DNA of 49,266 nt from Spirogloea muscicola (taxonomy: Eukaryota): the NCBI GenBank assembly GCA_009602725.1, contig WELB01000015.1, positions 1,201,737 through 1,251,002 on the forward strand. The letters are read 5' to 3'. This document shows, one piece after another, positions 32,521-44,185 of this stretch. How positions within the stretch are numbered: position 1 is the stretch's first letter; each line of letters begins with the position of its first letter. A program made the position numbers and the translations under genes. Under the pieces are notes generated by a model, which had not been told where the DNA came from, did not search any database, and worked only from the letters and a program-made list of their open reading frames with translations.

Positions 32521-35500
32521 ATGGCGAGCACTCGGAGCTCACAGTTGCAGTTCGTGCAGGCGGAGCATCGCACACCATCCGAGAGCAAGGTGCGTGCTGG
32601 GGTAGTGTAGGACTTTCAGCTGGTGGTGTGGGTTACTTGATCGGCGTGGACCTGCGATCAGTATAAGGCCTGTTGATTATGGGAGTCGTGCAAAGAGCGA
32701 TTGTTCTTCCATCCTTGCGCAGTGTGTTGGCAGTGTACTAGAGAGTGTCGAAGCTGCTAGGGCCGTGCTATACGTAGATTGTTTCATACTCTGTGGAGCA
32801 TAAAGTTAAATCCTTGTATGCCATGCAAGGAGGAGGCTCATGAAAGTGCAGTTCGTTTGGCGCGCATTCTCACAGGAGTACTTAAGCTGAGAGCTCAGCT
32901 TGGCCGCTTGTGTTGCTGGGTGTAGGAATCTGTGTCACTGCAGCTCGCACTGTCTAGATCACCCGCCCGAAGGAGCAATTCCAACAGGGAAGAGCTTTCA
33001 AGGACTGTCATGGTGCACATCACGGGCATGCAGTGCACAGCCTGTTCAGCTGCCATTGAGAAGGCTTTGAAGCGTATGGATGGTGTTGCGGCGGGGACTG
33101 TTTCGCTGATGAGCAACAGAGCAAAGATCGCCTTTTATCCAAGCATTGTCCAGGTCCCGAGCTGCTACCTACTGCCTTACCACATCGCTCACCCTTTGCA
33201 CCATGATCACCTGAGGAGGCAAGACTATATGATATTGGTTTGGCTTATGTGGGCTGCGGATTTCAAACACGCTGATTGTTGACTTGACTAAAGTTTTCAT
33301 GCAGGTTGAAGACATCGTAGAGGCCATTGAAGATGCAGGTTTCGAGGCAAGCTTGCTGGAGGAGGATGAAGGCCTAAGCGTTTGCAAGCTCCGGATAGCT
33401 GGCATGACCTGTACGACTTGTAGTGGTGCAGTGGAGGAGGCTGTACAGGTATGCAACAATGACAGAAGCTCGCAAAGTGAAATTGATAGGCACACGTGGA
33501 TCCTGCTAACTCTTGCTGTGTATCCAACTTACTGCGATACCCTCAGGCACCACAATTCGCTAAGCTGTCCAGTGTAGCCTTGTTCTGCAGAGGGTACGAG
33601 GCGTAAGTAAGGCCACTGTGGCACTTGCCACCAATGAAGCTGCTGTGGAGTATAACAGCAAGTTGGTGAGCCCAGCTGACATCGTCAAAGTGGTGGAGGA
33701 CTCTGGTTTTGAAGCTGAACTTCTTACAATGGGCGACAGGAATAAAGTCACCATCATTCTGGAGGGTGTGCACTCGTTGGAAGCTATCAATCTGGTGGAG
33801 ACAGCTCTACAGAGCCTGATTGGGGTCATCTCTGTTGATATGAATCCATCTGGGGAGAGAGTGACTGTCATGTTTGATCCTGATGTCACTGGGCCGCGAT
33901 CGCTGGTAGACTGCATAGAAGGTGCTGGACCAGGAGGCGCGTACAGGGCCACACTGCATAACAGGTCCGCTTTACTCCACGTGGTCAAAAGTTGGAGTAG
34001 CTTAAACCCCATACAGTCATGGCCTGCTTCCAAGTCCTCCAGTGGCAAGTATGTTATGCACATCCAGAGTTGGTTGAGCATCAGCTGTGTGCTTGAATTT
34101 ACTACTATTCTCGTTGTGCAGGCAGAGTGGCTTGGATCAAGAGCACCGGGAGAAGGAGGTCAAGCAACACTGGCGCCTGTTTGTCTTGAGCTCTATCTTC
34201 ACCGTGCCCATTTTCCTTTTTTCTATGGTCCTCCCTGAAATACCAGGCATCAAGCAAGGGCTCGACACAAGTTTAGTCAATCAGTCAGTAGCTTCCCAGC
34301 ACCCCATATGCAGGTCATGGATGCAGATGCTTATAATGTCAACAGAGCGCCCTCAATCTGTGACTGTGATGAGATTGTAGTTGAGGTTTCATGCTTCCCA
34401 TATCCTACTTTGCAGATTAGCGTGGGCACTCAGAATGATCACATTCTTGCTATCCTAGCTGCATGCTCCACAGCAAGTCATTGGCTTGCAGCAATTAAGA
34501 CACTAATAAGAGGTTGTGGCTTTTGCATCAGTTTCACGATAGGTGATCTTCTCCGCTGGTCCTTGGCAACACCTGTGCAATTCATAGTTGGAAGAAGGTC
34601 TTACCTGGAGCATCCCTGAATTGATCCCCAGTATGTTGATGCTTGAGGAGATCACTTAGCCCGAGTCTAGGATCTGATTTTCAAATAAGTATACAAGAGT
34701 GCATCTGACCTGCTGTGGTGTTGATATACAGGCATCACTAGATTCTGAAGTGCATTTGGCATATATGCAGGTTCTACAGTGGGGCATGGCATGCATTGAA
34801 GCGGAAAACTGCAAACATGGATGTCTTGATTGCACTTGGGACAAATGCAGCTTACTTCTACTCAACCTTTTCAGTAATATCAGCAGCAATTCGCTCGGAT
34901 TTCAAGGTCCACTTGGTCTTTCTGGACTCACTGAATGTGTGTCAGTGGCTCTGAGTGAATCTGAAAGCTGGATCTGACCTTCCATAAGTAATGCAGATAA
35001 TTGCTGCCATGTGCAGGGTGTTGAGTTTTTCGAGACTAGTGCCATGCTTATATGTTTCATCCTGTTGGGTAAATATCTGGAAGCTTTGGCAAGAGGGAAG
35101 ACTTCCGCCGCGATGACCAAGCTGCTTCAGCTTGCCCCGCCCACTGCTACATTGTTACTCTTTGATACACAAGGACATGTTGTAGCAGAACGTGAAATCG
35201 ATTTGGACCTGGTACAGAAGAGCGATATCATTAAGATTGTCCCAGGGTGCAAAATCGCCACAGACGGAGTGGTGGTCCACGGTGAGGTTAGTTACTGTAG
35301 CCTGGTCTTGTTTGCAGTCACACAAGCAGGTCTGTTGCCGTTGCTTATTCTGTCTCTTCCGATATATAACAGAGTGAAAATTGGTAGTGGTGGTACCGGT
35401 AGCTCAATTTCTCGTTCGCTCTTACGCCTGAGAGACTCTCTCAGGTATTTGACACCTCATCTCTCCTGAAATATGTGTACATCTATGCAGAGCTTTGTCA

Positions 35501-38006
35501 ATGAGAGCATGATCACGGGTGAGTCCAGGCCAGTTCTCAAGAAGCTGACTGACTCTGTGATTGGAGGGACCATCAATGGGAATGGTTTGCTGCATGTCAA
35601 GGCCACTCACATTGGTGGAGAGACAGCCCTCGCTCAGATTGTCAACCTGGTCCAAGCTGCCCAGATGGCAAAAGCTCCTATCCAGAAGCTTGCCGATCGC
35701 ATCTCATCGGTCTTCGTGCCAGTGGTAAGAAGTCAAGCACTTCTAGCAAGTTGCATGCTAGCATGCAAGCATCAAGGCTGCAGTAGCCTGTTGCAAGCTT
35801 ACCTTGCTGTCAGGCAGTACACCACCATTGTCACAGCAACCAGATGCTCTGGTTGCTGCATTGGCATTCAAGCAGTCAAATCAAAATGGCCCTACTCACT
35901 TGAATAAGTCGTATGCTCACACAGGTTGTCCTCTTAGCAGTGATGACGTTCCTCTTGTGGTACCTGACGGGAGTCAACAACGTGTTCCCTTCATCGTGGT
36001 TGCCCAAAAACATGAGCGTCTTTGAGTTGGCGCTGCAATTGGGCATTGCAGTGCTCGTTGTAGCCTGCCCTTGTGCACTTGGCCTGGCCACCCCAACAGC
36101 TGTCATGGTTGCAACTGGCATCGGAGCTGGCCAGGGCATCCTTATCAAGGGAGCCGATGCCCTTGAGCGAGCTAACAAGGTGTATACTGCTGCTCATCTT
36201 CTCGTATGTTTTGGCCACTTAGGTAAACTCTTGAAAGTGCCCTGTTATTGACATTAGCAACCTCCATTGCCATCGTTTTGAACAGGTGAAGGTGGTTGTC
36301 TTTGACAAGACCGGAACTTTGACGCAGGGGAAGCCAATTGTAACCAGCACCAAACTTTGTCATGCTATCAGTCTTCAGCAATTCTACAGAATAGTAGCAA
36401 CTGCAGAGGTGACCTCCACCTCAAGGCTTGACAGCATGACACAGTGATTGCATGCTTCTGCAGAAATGAGTGTGTCGTGGCTACTAAGTCTTTGTGTCTG
36501 AATAAGTGCCATAGCCTTAGTAAAATCACGGAAGCCTTGCGACCCTTGATTGGCACTGTGACCAAGATGGACATCTGAATGATGCAGGTGACGCTATCCT
36601 GTACTTCATCTTGACCTTCGTGCGTCCATTGCCAGCTCGTGCTGTTTCCCTTGCCTCACTCTATCCCTATCTTGCTATGCCTTCTGACCAGGCGCACAGT
36701 GAACACCCCCTTGCAAAAGCAATTGTGGACCATGCTGATCAACTCCTTGCGACCTCAAGGTCGCCATTGCCCCCAAGCTTGCGGACTGAATCGGGCTCAG
36801 CATCAGTAAACATAGACAGGCGGTGGCTGCTACAGTCTGGGAACTTCGAGTCTCTCACAGGCTGTGGCTTGAGGTGCTTGGTTGAAGGCAAGGAAGTCCT
36901 TGTGGGAAACAAGAAACTCATATTGCAGAGGGGTATTGGCGTTAATGTCGAGGTATTTGCAGCGTTCTTGTACAGCTCTTTACCTTCCTGTACATGCTCT
37001 GAGTTGGCAGTCTGTTTATAGTGCAACAAGATCCTTCAATAGAGATCTGAATAGCTAGAAGGTTGACACTAATGCTCAAGGCGATGCTGAAATCTTATCT
37101 AAAGAGGACATGCTGGTCCTCAGGTGACAGAGTTTCTTGAGGAGGTGGAGCAGGGAGCAAAGACAGCCGTACTTGTAGCTGTGGCCGGGGTCCTTCATGG
37201 GTGCATTGCAATCTCAGACCCTGTCAAGCCCGAGGCTAAGGCCGCTATTAGGATGCTCAAGCAAATGGGTGTGAGGAGCATGATGGTCACTGGAGACAAT
37301 TGGGGCACAGCAACTGCCATTGCCAAGGAGGTCGGCATACTGCCGGAGGATGTCATGGCCCAGGTGTTGCCTGCAGGGAAAGCAGAGGCTATCAAGGATC
37401 TTCAGGTGGAGACTGTCAAGGCACTTCTTCGGCCTGGCATTTCATTGAACATGTCCTTGACTGCAAGTCATGTAATAGATACTGATGTAGAGTCATAGGG
37501 TCTTGATGCCCAACTCCTGTTGTTCTTCATAGAAGCTTTGCCCACATTCATGTGCTGCCTAAGCTCTTGCCATCTAGGTTTTGCAGGCCGACAAGACGCA
37601 GGTGGCGATGGTAGGAGATGGTATCAACGACTCCCCAGCGCTGGTGGCGGCAGACGTGGGCATGGCCATTGGTGCTGGGACGGACATTGCCATTGAGGCC
37701 GCTGACATTGTCCTCATGCGTTCATCTCTCGAGGACGTCATCACTGCTCTTGACTTGGCCAAGAAGACTTTCTCACGGATTCGGCTGAAATACTTCTGGG
37801 CCCTGGCGTATAACTTCTGCGGCATCCCCATTGCAGCTGGGGTGCTCTACCCCTCTTTCAGAATACGGCTGCCGCCATGGGTGGCCGGAGCTGCGATGGC
37901 CCTCTCATCCGTCAGCGTCGTGTGCTCATCCTTGCTCCTCCGTGCCTACCGCCGCCCGCTGCAGCTCAACACACTGCACCTGGATGTCAGGAGCGATCGG
38001 TCCTGA
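32521..38006 (+). CDS. HMA5: Cu-transporting P1B-1 ATPase (HMA5/RAN1 type, closer to HMA5)
   Basis: Metal-binding domains ITGMQCTAC and IAGMTCTTC plus a third degenerate HMA domain. Core motifs [69 protein letters not shown] and [19 protein letters not shown]. Stop at 38004-38006. First exon 32521-32589 is inferred from frame and a GT donor. Confidence 0.92.
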
Positions 38007-38845
38007 CGACTGGCTACCTTGAATGGAGCATCCTTGAGAGGCCTTGACATAGAGAAGGCAAGCGAGGCTCCTTCATACCTGTATATGTACATATTGCACT
38101 TGGCACTTGATAAATGCCGGGGGGTTAGATAGCAGCATTGGATATTCAAATATATATAGACTGCGACTCGTCTTAAGCATACTGTGAATAGTCATAGTGT
38201 TGGTGTATATTCTAGCCACTTTGGCCAGAATGGGACAGTGTCTATTGCCGTTGCCTCATGTAGTCAATCAGTTCGTTATGGTTCCTGCTTATGTGCAGCT
38301 GTTTACATATTGTGAGCAGGGACCTCCATGTAGTTGCAGGCAAAAGCAAAGCTCTGACTGACCCCTGTCAATGTCTTAGAAGGACTGATGGCTTTGTTTT
38401 TTTTGGGTACCTTGGTCCATTGAGAGCGTGCTAGTAATGGTTGCAGAAGCAAGTCATCATCGTGTCTGCTGTCAACTCTTCTGCTTCACTCTACTGATCA
38501 AACCTGCTCATTCCCGTGCTTTGACGGCCAGTGGTACCTGCAGAGTCTTGCCTATTGGATTGTCGCCAGGGCCTTTATTTGATTGGACTCCCTATAACTT
38601 TTACCTCTAGAACTTCTGAGCTTAATATCCACAAATGTTAATGTGCCTTTACGGCAGCCCTAAGGTCCATCAAGCTGGGGCCTGGGCAAAGAATAGTCAC
38701 TGCTTCTAGGAGTTAGGAATCCTCAATTAGGATGTCCACAAACAGGCGGCTGGCCTGCTTGTTTGCACTTGCGAATGGGGTGAATGTGGTAAAGTCAATT
38801 CTTGACAAAACGCGTGCACTGCGAGTAGCTGCTACTCAGACGATC

Positions 38846-40961
38846 TCATGGGGCAACAGTATCACTGACAAGCAGCATCTGGAGGTCATCCTCCTGAAAA
38901 TGCACCATCTCTGCACAGAACTCGCATCGAACCTCGATGGTTCCTGCTCAGGCAAAGATGGAAATAGCCAAGAATTGCAAGTCAGCTTAACTATTGCAAC
39001 AGTCGACGCTACGTAAAATCGGCAGCGTCTAGCCAGGACAAGCTTGGAAAGCAAGCATGCGACGCAGAGGAACCAAGAGTAATGCACACCTGAGGCAGTT
39101 TACCAGTATTCTGACACTCAATTACAGAGTGCATAGCCCTAATCACACGAAGTTTGACAACTGCGGTTCTGCCGTGCCTCCTATCGGATACTGTGTGACG
39201 AGGTGACGATGTTGTGCTCAATCATCACCTCCTTGCTCGTCAAGTAGGGTGCGCACGTCGTCGGCGCCAAGGGAACTGATGGCTCGCAACATGCGAGGCC
39301 GCAGGTCGTCCACGGAGCATGGCCCAAATCGGGGCTCAATCTGCAATCCAAACTAGGCGCGTTAAGTTTCTGCAAGCCCGCAGGCGTCCATTGAAGCTTC
39401 TAAGAAGCCACAGTACAAGGCAAATTGCCACTGTCTTGACTTGTAGTCATGAAGAGGCACGGCAGATGTATTGGGAGGTGGCGGCGACTACAGACCGCGT
39501 CAGTGAAGGGGCCGGTGCCAATGCCGGCAAGGACGAGCTCCACGAGGCTGCGAGCGCTTTCGCGCTCCGCCAACTCTGACACAGATGGTAGCGCACCAAT
39601 GTTTGCCTCCAGACGACTCAGCGTCTCCTCCGAGCAGTTTGGCAGGACCTGCAACAGAGAGTCCTTTGCTGCTGTCAGCAACTGAGGGCTTGAAGTTACT
39701 ATCTGATGACCAAGCTTCGCTTCTGGTGAGCACCTGGACCATGAAGCCGCCAGCTGCTCGCACGAGCCCAGCCTTGTTGATGGACACGCTGAGACCGAGC
39801 GCCGTATTGGTCTGCTCGCTGTCCACCATGTAGTGCGCCAGATCCTCAGCGACCTCGCCTGACTGGACGGCCACCATGCCCCTGGTAGGCAGACGAACAA
39901 CCAGGTGGATGGATGATGGCCAGGCCCAGTCAATGCAACGTGGCAGCAGCTCAGAAGGTGCAAGATGGTGACCTTGCAAGACATGAGGCTCACGTGTATG
40001 GCTCCTTCCAACTGGCGTGGCTGCGCACGACCGTCACTACGCCGGGCCCAACCGCGCCTCCGACCTGGGCCAGCAGCGGAGCGCTTGCATAATCAGCTTG
40101 CCTTGAGAGGTGAAGGGAAGATGATGCCATGGAGCCAGCACCGTGCAACCACCAGCGGCGCTAACCAAGGCTGCTCACGTCAAGCTTGCCGGAAGGCTTG
40201 AGGGGCGGGTCGCAGGCGGGGTTGGCAGCAAAGCCTTTGACGTTGCCGCGCGTGTCGGCGACGGCAGTGAGCTGCCCGAGCTCGCCGCGGCCGTTGATCA
40301 CGACCTGCATGCGCGCCCATGCAAAACCGCCATATGTTGCTCAATCTGGGCTATCCTGAGACCACTTAATACTTAGAAAACTCTTAGACCTGAATATGCT
40401 GCTTGAGAGCCTGCCGCTCGCTGGCCTCCAAGTCCACCTCCTCGGCGGTCGTTGCAGGTGATGGGCACGCAGTGGGCTACCGGTGCTGGGGTTTTGGGGT
40501 TCTGCAGTTGCGCCGTAGGGTTCAGGTGCCACGGGTTGGAGGTTCAGGGTTCGAAACCTGCACGCTCTCGCCGTCGCCCTTGAAGGCGCCCATGAGCAGC
40601 GTGCCCATGAGCAGCCGCCCCAGCGCCGCCGTCGCCTGCCGCAGCAGCGCCAGCCCGCAGCCTGTGTCAGGCTGCCCCGCCGGGCAAGGCCCAGCGATCC
40701 CGACGGAGGCGGCGCGGGAAGCGGAGCCTCGCCGAGTGCTGCGGCGGCGGCGGGCGGCGGCGGCGGCAGCAGCGGCAGCGACGGCGGCGATGCCTCGGCC
40801 AGTCTTACCGTGGGCGCTGCGCCATGCCGGCGCTGAGCTTCTTGCACGACGCGCGTCGCCACTAGGCCGAAGACCACCACCTGCGCAGGCGGCCGCCGCC
40901 GTCAGCGCGCCCGCCTTGCCGCGGCGCCCGCTGGCGGCGGCGTCGGCGGCGGCAGCGGTCG
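38846..40961 (-). CDS. HSP33: Hsp33 (HslO) redox-regulated chaperone, algal type; 5' end in gap
   Basis: LVATRVVQEAQRRH..TAALGRLLMGTLLMG, INGRGELG.LTAVAD..G.VKG, PYTGMV..SGEVAEDLAHYMVDSEQ..TALGLSV..AAGGFMVQVLP, RFGPCS and IEVRCEFC..VHF. Stop at 38846-38848. Confidence 0.9.
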
Positions 40962-41271
40962 NNNNNNNNNNNNNNNNNNNNNNNNNNNNNNNNNNNNNNN
41001 NNNNNNNNNNNNNNNNNNNNNNNNNNNNNNNNNNNNNNNNNNNNNNNNNNNNNNNNNNNNNNNNNNNNNNNNNNNNNNNNNNNNNNNNNNNNNNNNNNNN
41101 NNNNNNNNNNNNNNNNNNNNNNNNNNNNNNNNNNNNNNNNNNNNNNNNNNNNNNNNNNNNNNNNNNNNNNNNNNNNNNNNNNNNNNNNNNNNNNNNNNNN
41201 NNNNNNNNNNNNNNNNNNNNNNNNNNNNNNNNNNNNNNNNNNNNNNNNNNNNNNNNNNNNNNNNNNNNNNN

Positions 41272-41394
<123 letters not shown>

Positions 41395-42392
41395 CCTGGC
41401 ACAGCCCGGCTGCTGCCAGCGCCGCCGCCCCCGGCTCTGGCTCGCCGCCTGCCGCCTCCGCCACCGCCTCCGCCGCCGCCGCCAGCGCTTGCCGTCAGCA
41501 GGTGCTCCGCGACCCCATGCCGGCTCGCTCCCAGCACGCTACTGGCTCCTTGTTGGCGTGCCTGATGGCAGCGTGGATGGCGGCAGTGGCAGGCTGCACC
41601 TGGCAGAGCGCAGGAGCGGCGGGCGCGGCGGCGCGGCGGCGTGGCGTGCGGCGCAGCCAAGCAGACGTTCGCGTCCTTCGAAGGCCTGCTGCAGGGCTCG
41701 GCGCTGCCCGTGCTCGTGGACTTCTACGCCACCTGGTCAGCGCCGCGGCCCTTGCCCCCGCACTTGCTTCCGGCTGGCTTGGGGTCCACATCCTGGGTCT
41801 AGGCTTTAGCGCTACAATGATGGACTATACCCTCTTCATTACATTCCTCAATCATTCCTGAATTTGGGTATATGCTGTAGGCCCTCGACCGTCGCAAGGC
41901 TAAGTCCTCGCTTGCCAAGTGCAGTGCAGGTGCGGGCCGTGCCAGCTGATGAGCCCCGTGCTGCAGGAGGTGGCACGCCGCCTCAAGGACCGCCTCAGCG
42001 TGGTGACACCCCACCCCTCATCTCTTGTCGCCCCTTGATATGCACTGTGGCTACACGCCTCCTAAGCTGCTGGCCACATCTGTTGCTGGCGGTGTGGTCC
42101 AGGTGAAGATTGATACGGAGAGGTACCCGGCGCTCGCGTCGCGCTACAACATTCATGCGCTTCCCACTTTTGTGCTCTTCAAGGGCGGCCAGCCCGTGCA
42201 ACGGGTGGTAGGAGCCAACTCCACTGCCTCCGCTGTGCACTAGCTTCTGCGCCCCTGTAGTATTGAAGTTACTTGCCACATGTTTGCTTGAGGTTGCTCA
42301 GGGCCACACTCTCAAGCGCCTGCTCTTCTCACGCGCAGGAAGGTGCCATGTCTGCCGATGACTTGGTGAGGTCAATCAGCGCCAACTTGTGA
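41395..42392 (+). CDS. TRXy: Plastid thioredoxin y; 5' end lost in gap/poly(T)
   Basis: AAKQTFASFEGLLQGSALPVLVDFYATW|CGPCQLMSPVL...|VKIDTERYPALASRYNIHALPTFVLFKGGQPVQRV|EGAMSADDLVRSISANL*. Exons end at 41735, then 41930-42002, 42103-42207 and 42339-42392. Confidence 0.88.
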
Positions 42393-42789
42393 CACCGGTG
42401 GATTGCTGACATGAGCCATGCCTACGACAACCTCAAAAATGGGCGCCAAAAGGGCCCACTTTGTGAAGCTGAGCACAAGGCTTCATCACAATTTTGCCCC
42501 TGCAATGCTCCTTGAGAGAGTAAATTTCGCATCACAGCACAAAGTCGACGGTCAATCAAACCAGGCCCCTTGGGCAGCATAGTGCCACCTCGGGCCTGGT
42601 GTCTCTTTCTGAGTGCACCTGTGTGGCTCGTTCCACAAAGCTCTGCAAGTAATGTACACATGATACTTGGCCTCCCACTGCTTTTGCTTTGAGCACCATG
42701 AGGAATATCTAGTCATATCTGTACAGCTTAATGCCCGCCCGTCCATACGCGACACACCCAGGTCTGCATCCTGCCCTGCTTGCCGCATC

Positions 42790-44185
42790 TCAGCCAAGAC
42801 CCTCGACGTCGTCATCATCTTCGGCAGCTGCCTGCTCCACGCCTTGCACCTGTGGGGATGACCACAAAATATCATAATAAAGAACATGACAAGCCATAAC
42901 ATGGCCTGAGCGTGACACAAGCCACTTTTGTGACTGCGAGGGCAGAAAGTCCAGCCAAGACCCACCTCAGGGACGTAGTGCATCAGCATGTTTTCAATGC
43001 CGCTTTTGAGCGTAACCGCGGAGCTTGGGCAGCCACTGCACGCTCCCTGCATCCGCAGTTTCACAATCCCTGACTCCCTGCACGGAGGATGACAGCTATC
43101 ACCATTTGCCAGGTCACATTCTGCTGCGTCTACCTGACATAGGTTACACGTGATATCCTCAAGAACAATGAAGTGCAACGGTGACTCACTCGTCATAGCT
43201 GACAAATTGGATGTCGCCGCCATCGTCCTGCACTGCAGGCTGGATGCGCGTCTCCAAGAGCTCCTTGATCATCGCCACAATCTCGTCATCGTCCTGTCAT
43301 CATGACGAACAGCGAGTCTCATTTTCTGTGTCCTTCAACATGGCTGATAACAGGCTAGGCACTACGGCATCTATACGAGCTTCAGCCACCTCCTATTTTG
43401 TCGTGCCTTAGTCAACGTGGAGGGGAGCACGCCTCGAGCTGACCTCCTGGATTGCCGACTGATCATTGGCAAGCTCGGCAGCTGGCCTGATGAGTGGCTG
43501 GCCTGACGAGAAGAAGTCCATGATGGCAGCGAAGATGTCGGGCTTGAGCATCGCCCAGTCCATGTCCTCCTGCCGCGTCACCGTCACAAAGTCCGAGCCG
43601 AAGAATACGCCGCGCACGCCTGGAGCAGGCCAGTGGCGGCCGGTCAGGAGGCCGCAGCTCGGTCGACCGGGCCTGGCCGGCAGTGGCAGCAGCGGGGCCC
43701 GGCGCTCACCGTCGATGCGGAAGAGGGCGGCGGCGAGCGGCGAGGCGAGGGCGGCGCGCGGCGAGGGGAAGTCGGCGCTGCCGCCGTCGGGCATGACGGG
43801 GCAGCCGGGCAGGAACATGAGGCTCGCCGGGTTGGGCGTGCTCTGCGTCTGCACGAACATGCCGCGCGCCGGCTGCTGCCACCCTGCGCCGGCCCGCCTG
43901 CAAAATCACCAGCAAGAGCGCCGGAGGAAGGCGCGTGCCCGCGTCGTCAGGCCCGGACCAGGCCCTGACGAGCGGCAGCACGGCAACGGCGGCGGCGGCG
44001 GCGGAGACGGCGGCGGCGGTGGCGGCGGTGGGGGGATGTGAACCTCTGCAGCGCCAGAGCGAACGCGGCGCGATCATCGGGAACAGCGCGGTGGTTGCGG
44101 CCGCGGCGAGGGGCCCGCGGCCATGCGCGGCCGCCGAGGAGGAGTAGCGCGCCGCCGCGAGCGGCGGCGGCGCTTGGGGCGGCGC
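42790..44185 (-). CDS. NFU4: NifU-like Fe-S cluster carrier, mitochondrial NFU4/5 (NFU1) type; start near or in the 44186-44222 gap
   Basis: [77 protein letters not shown] and [36 protein letters not shown]. Stop at 42790-42792. Confidence 0.92.
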
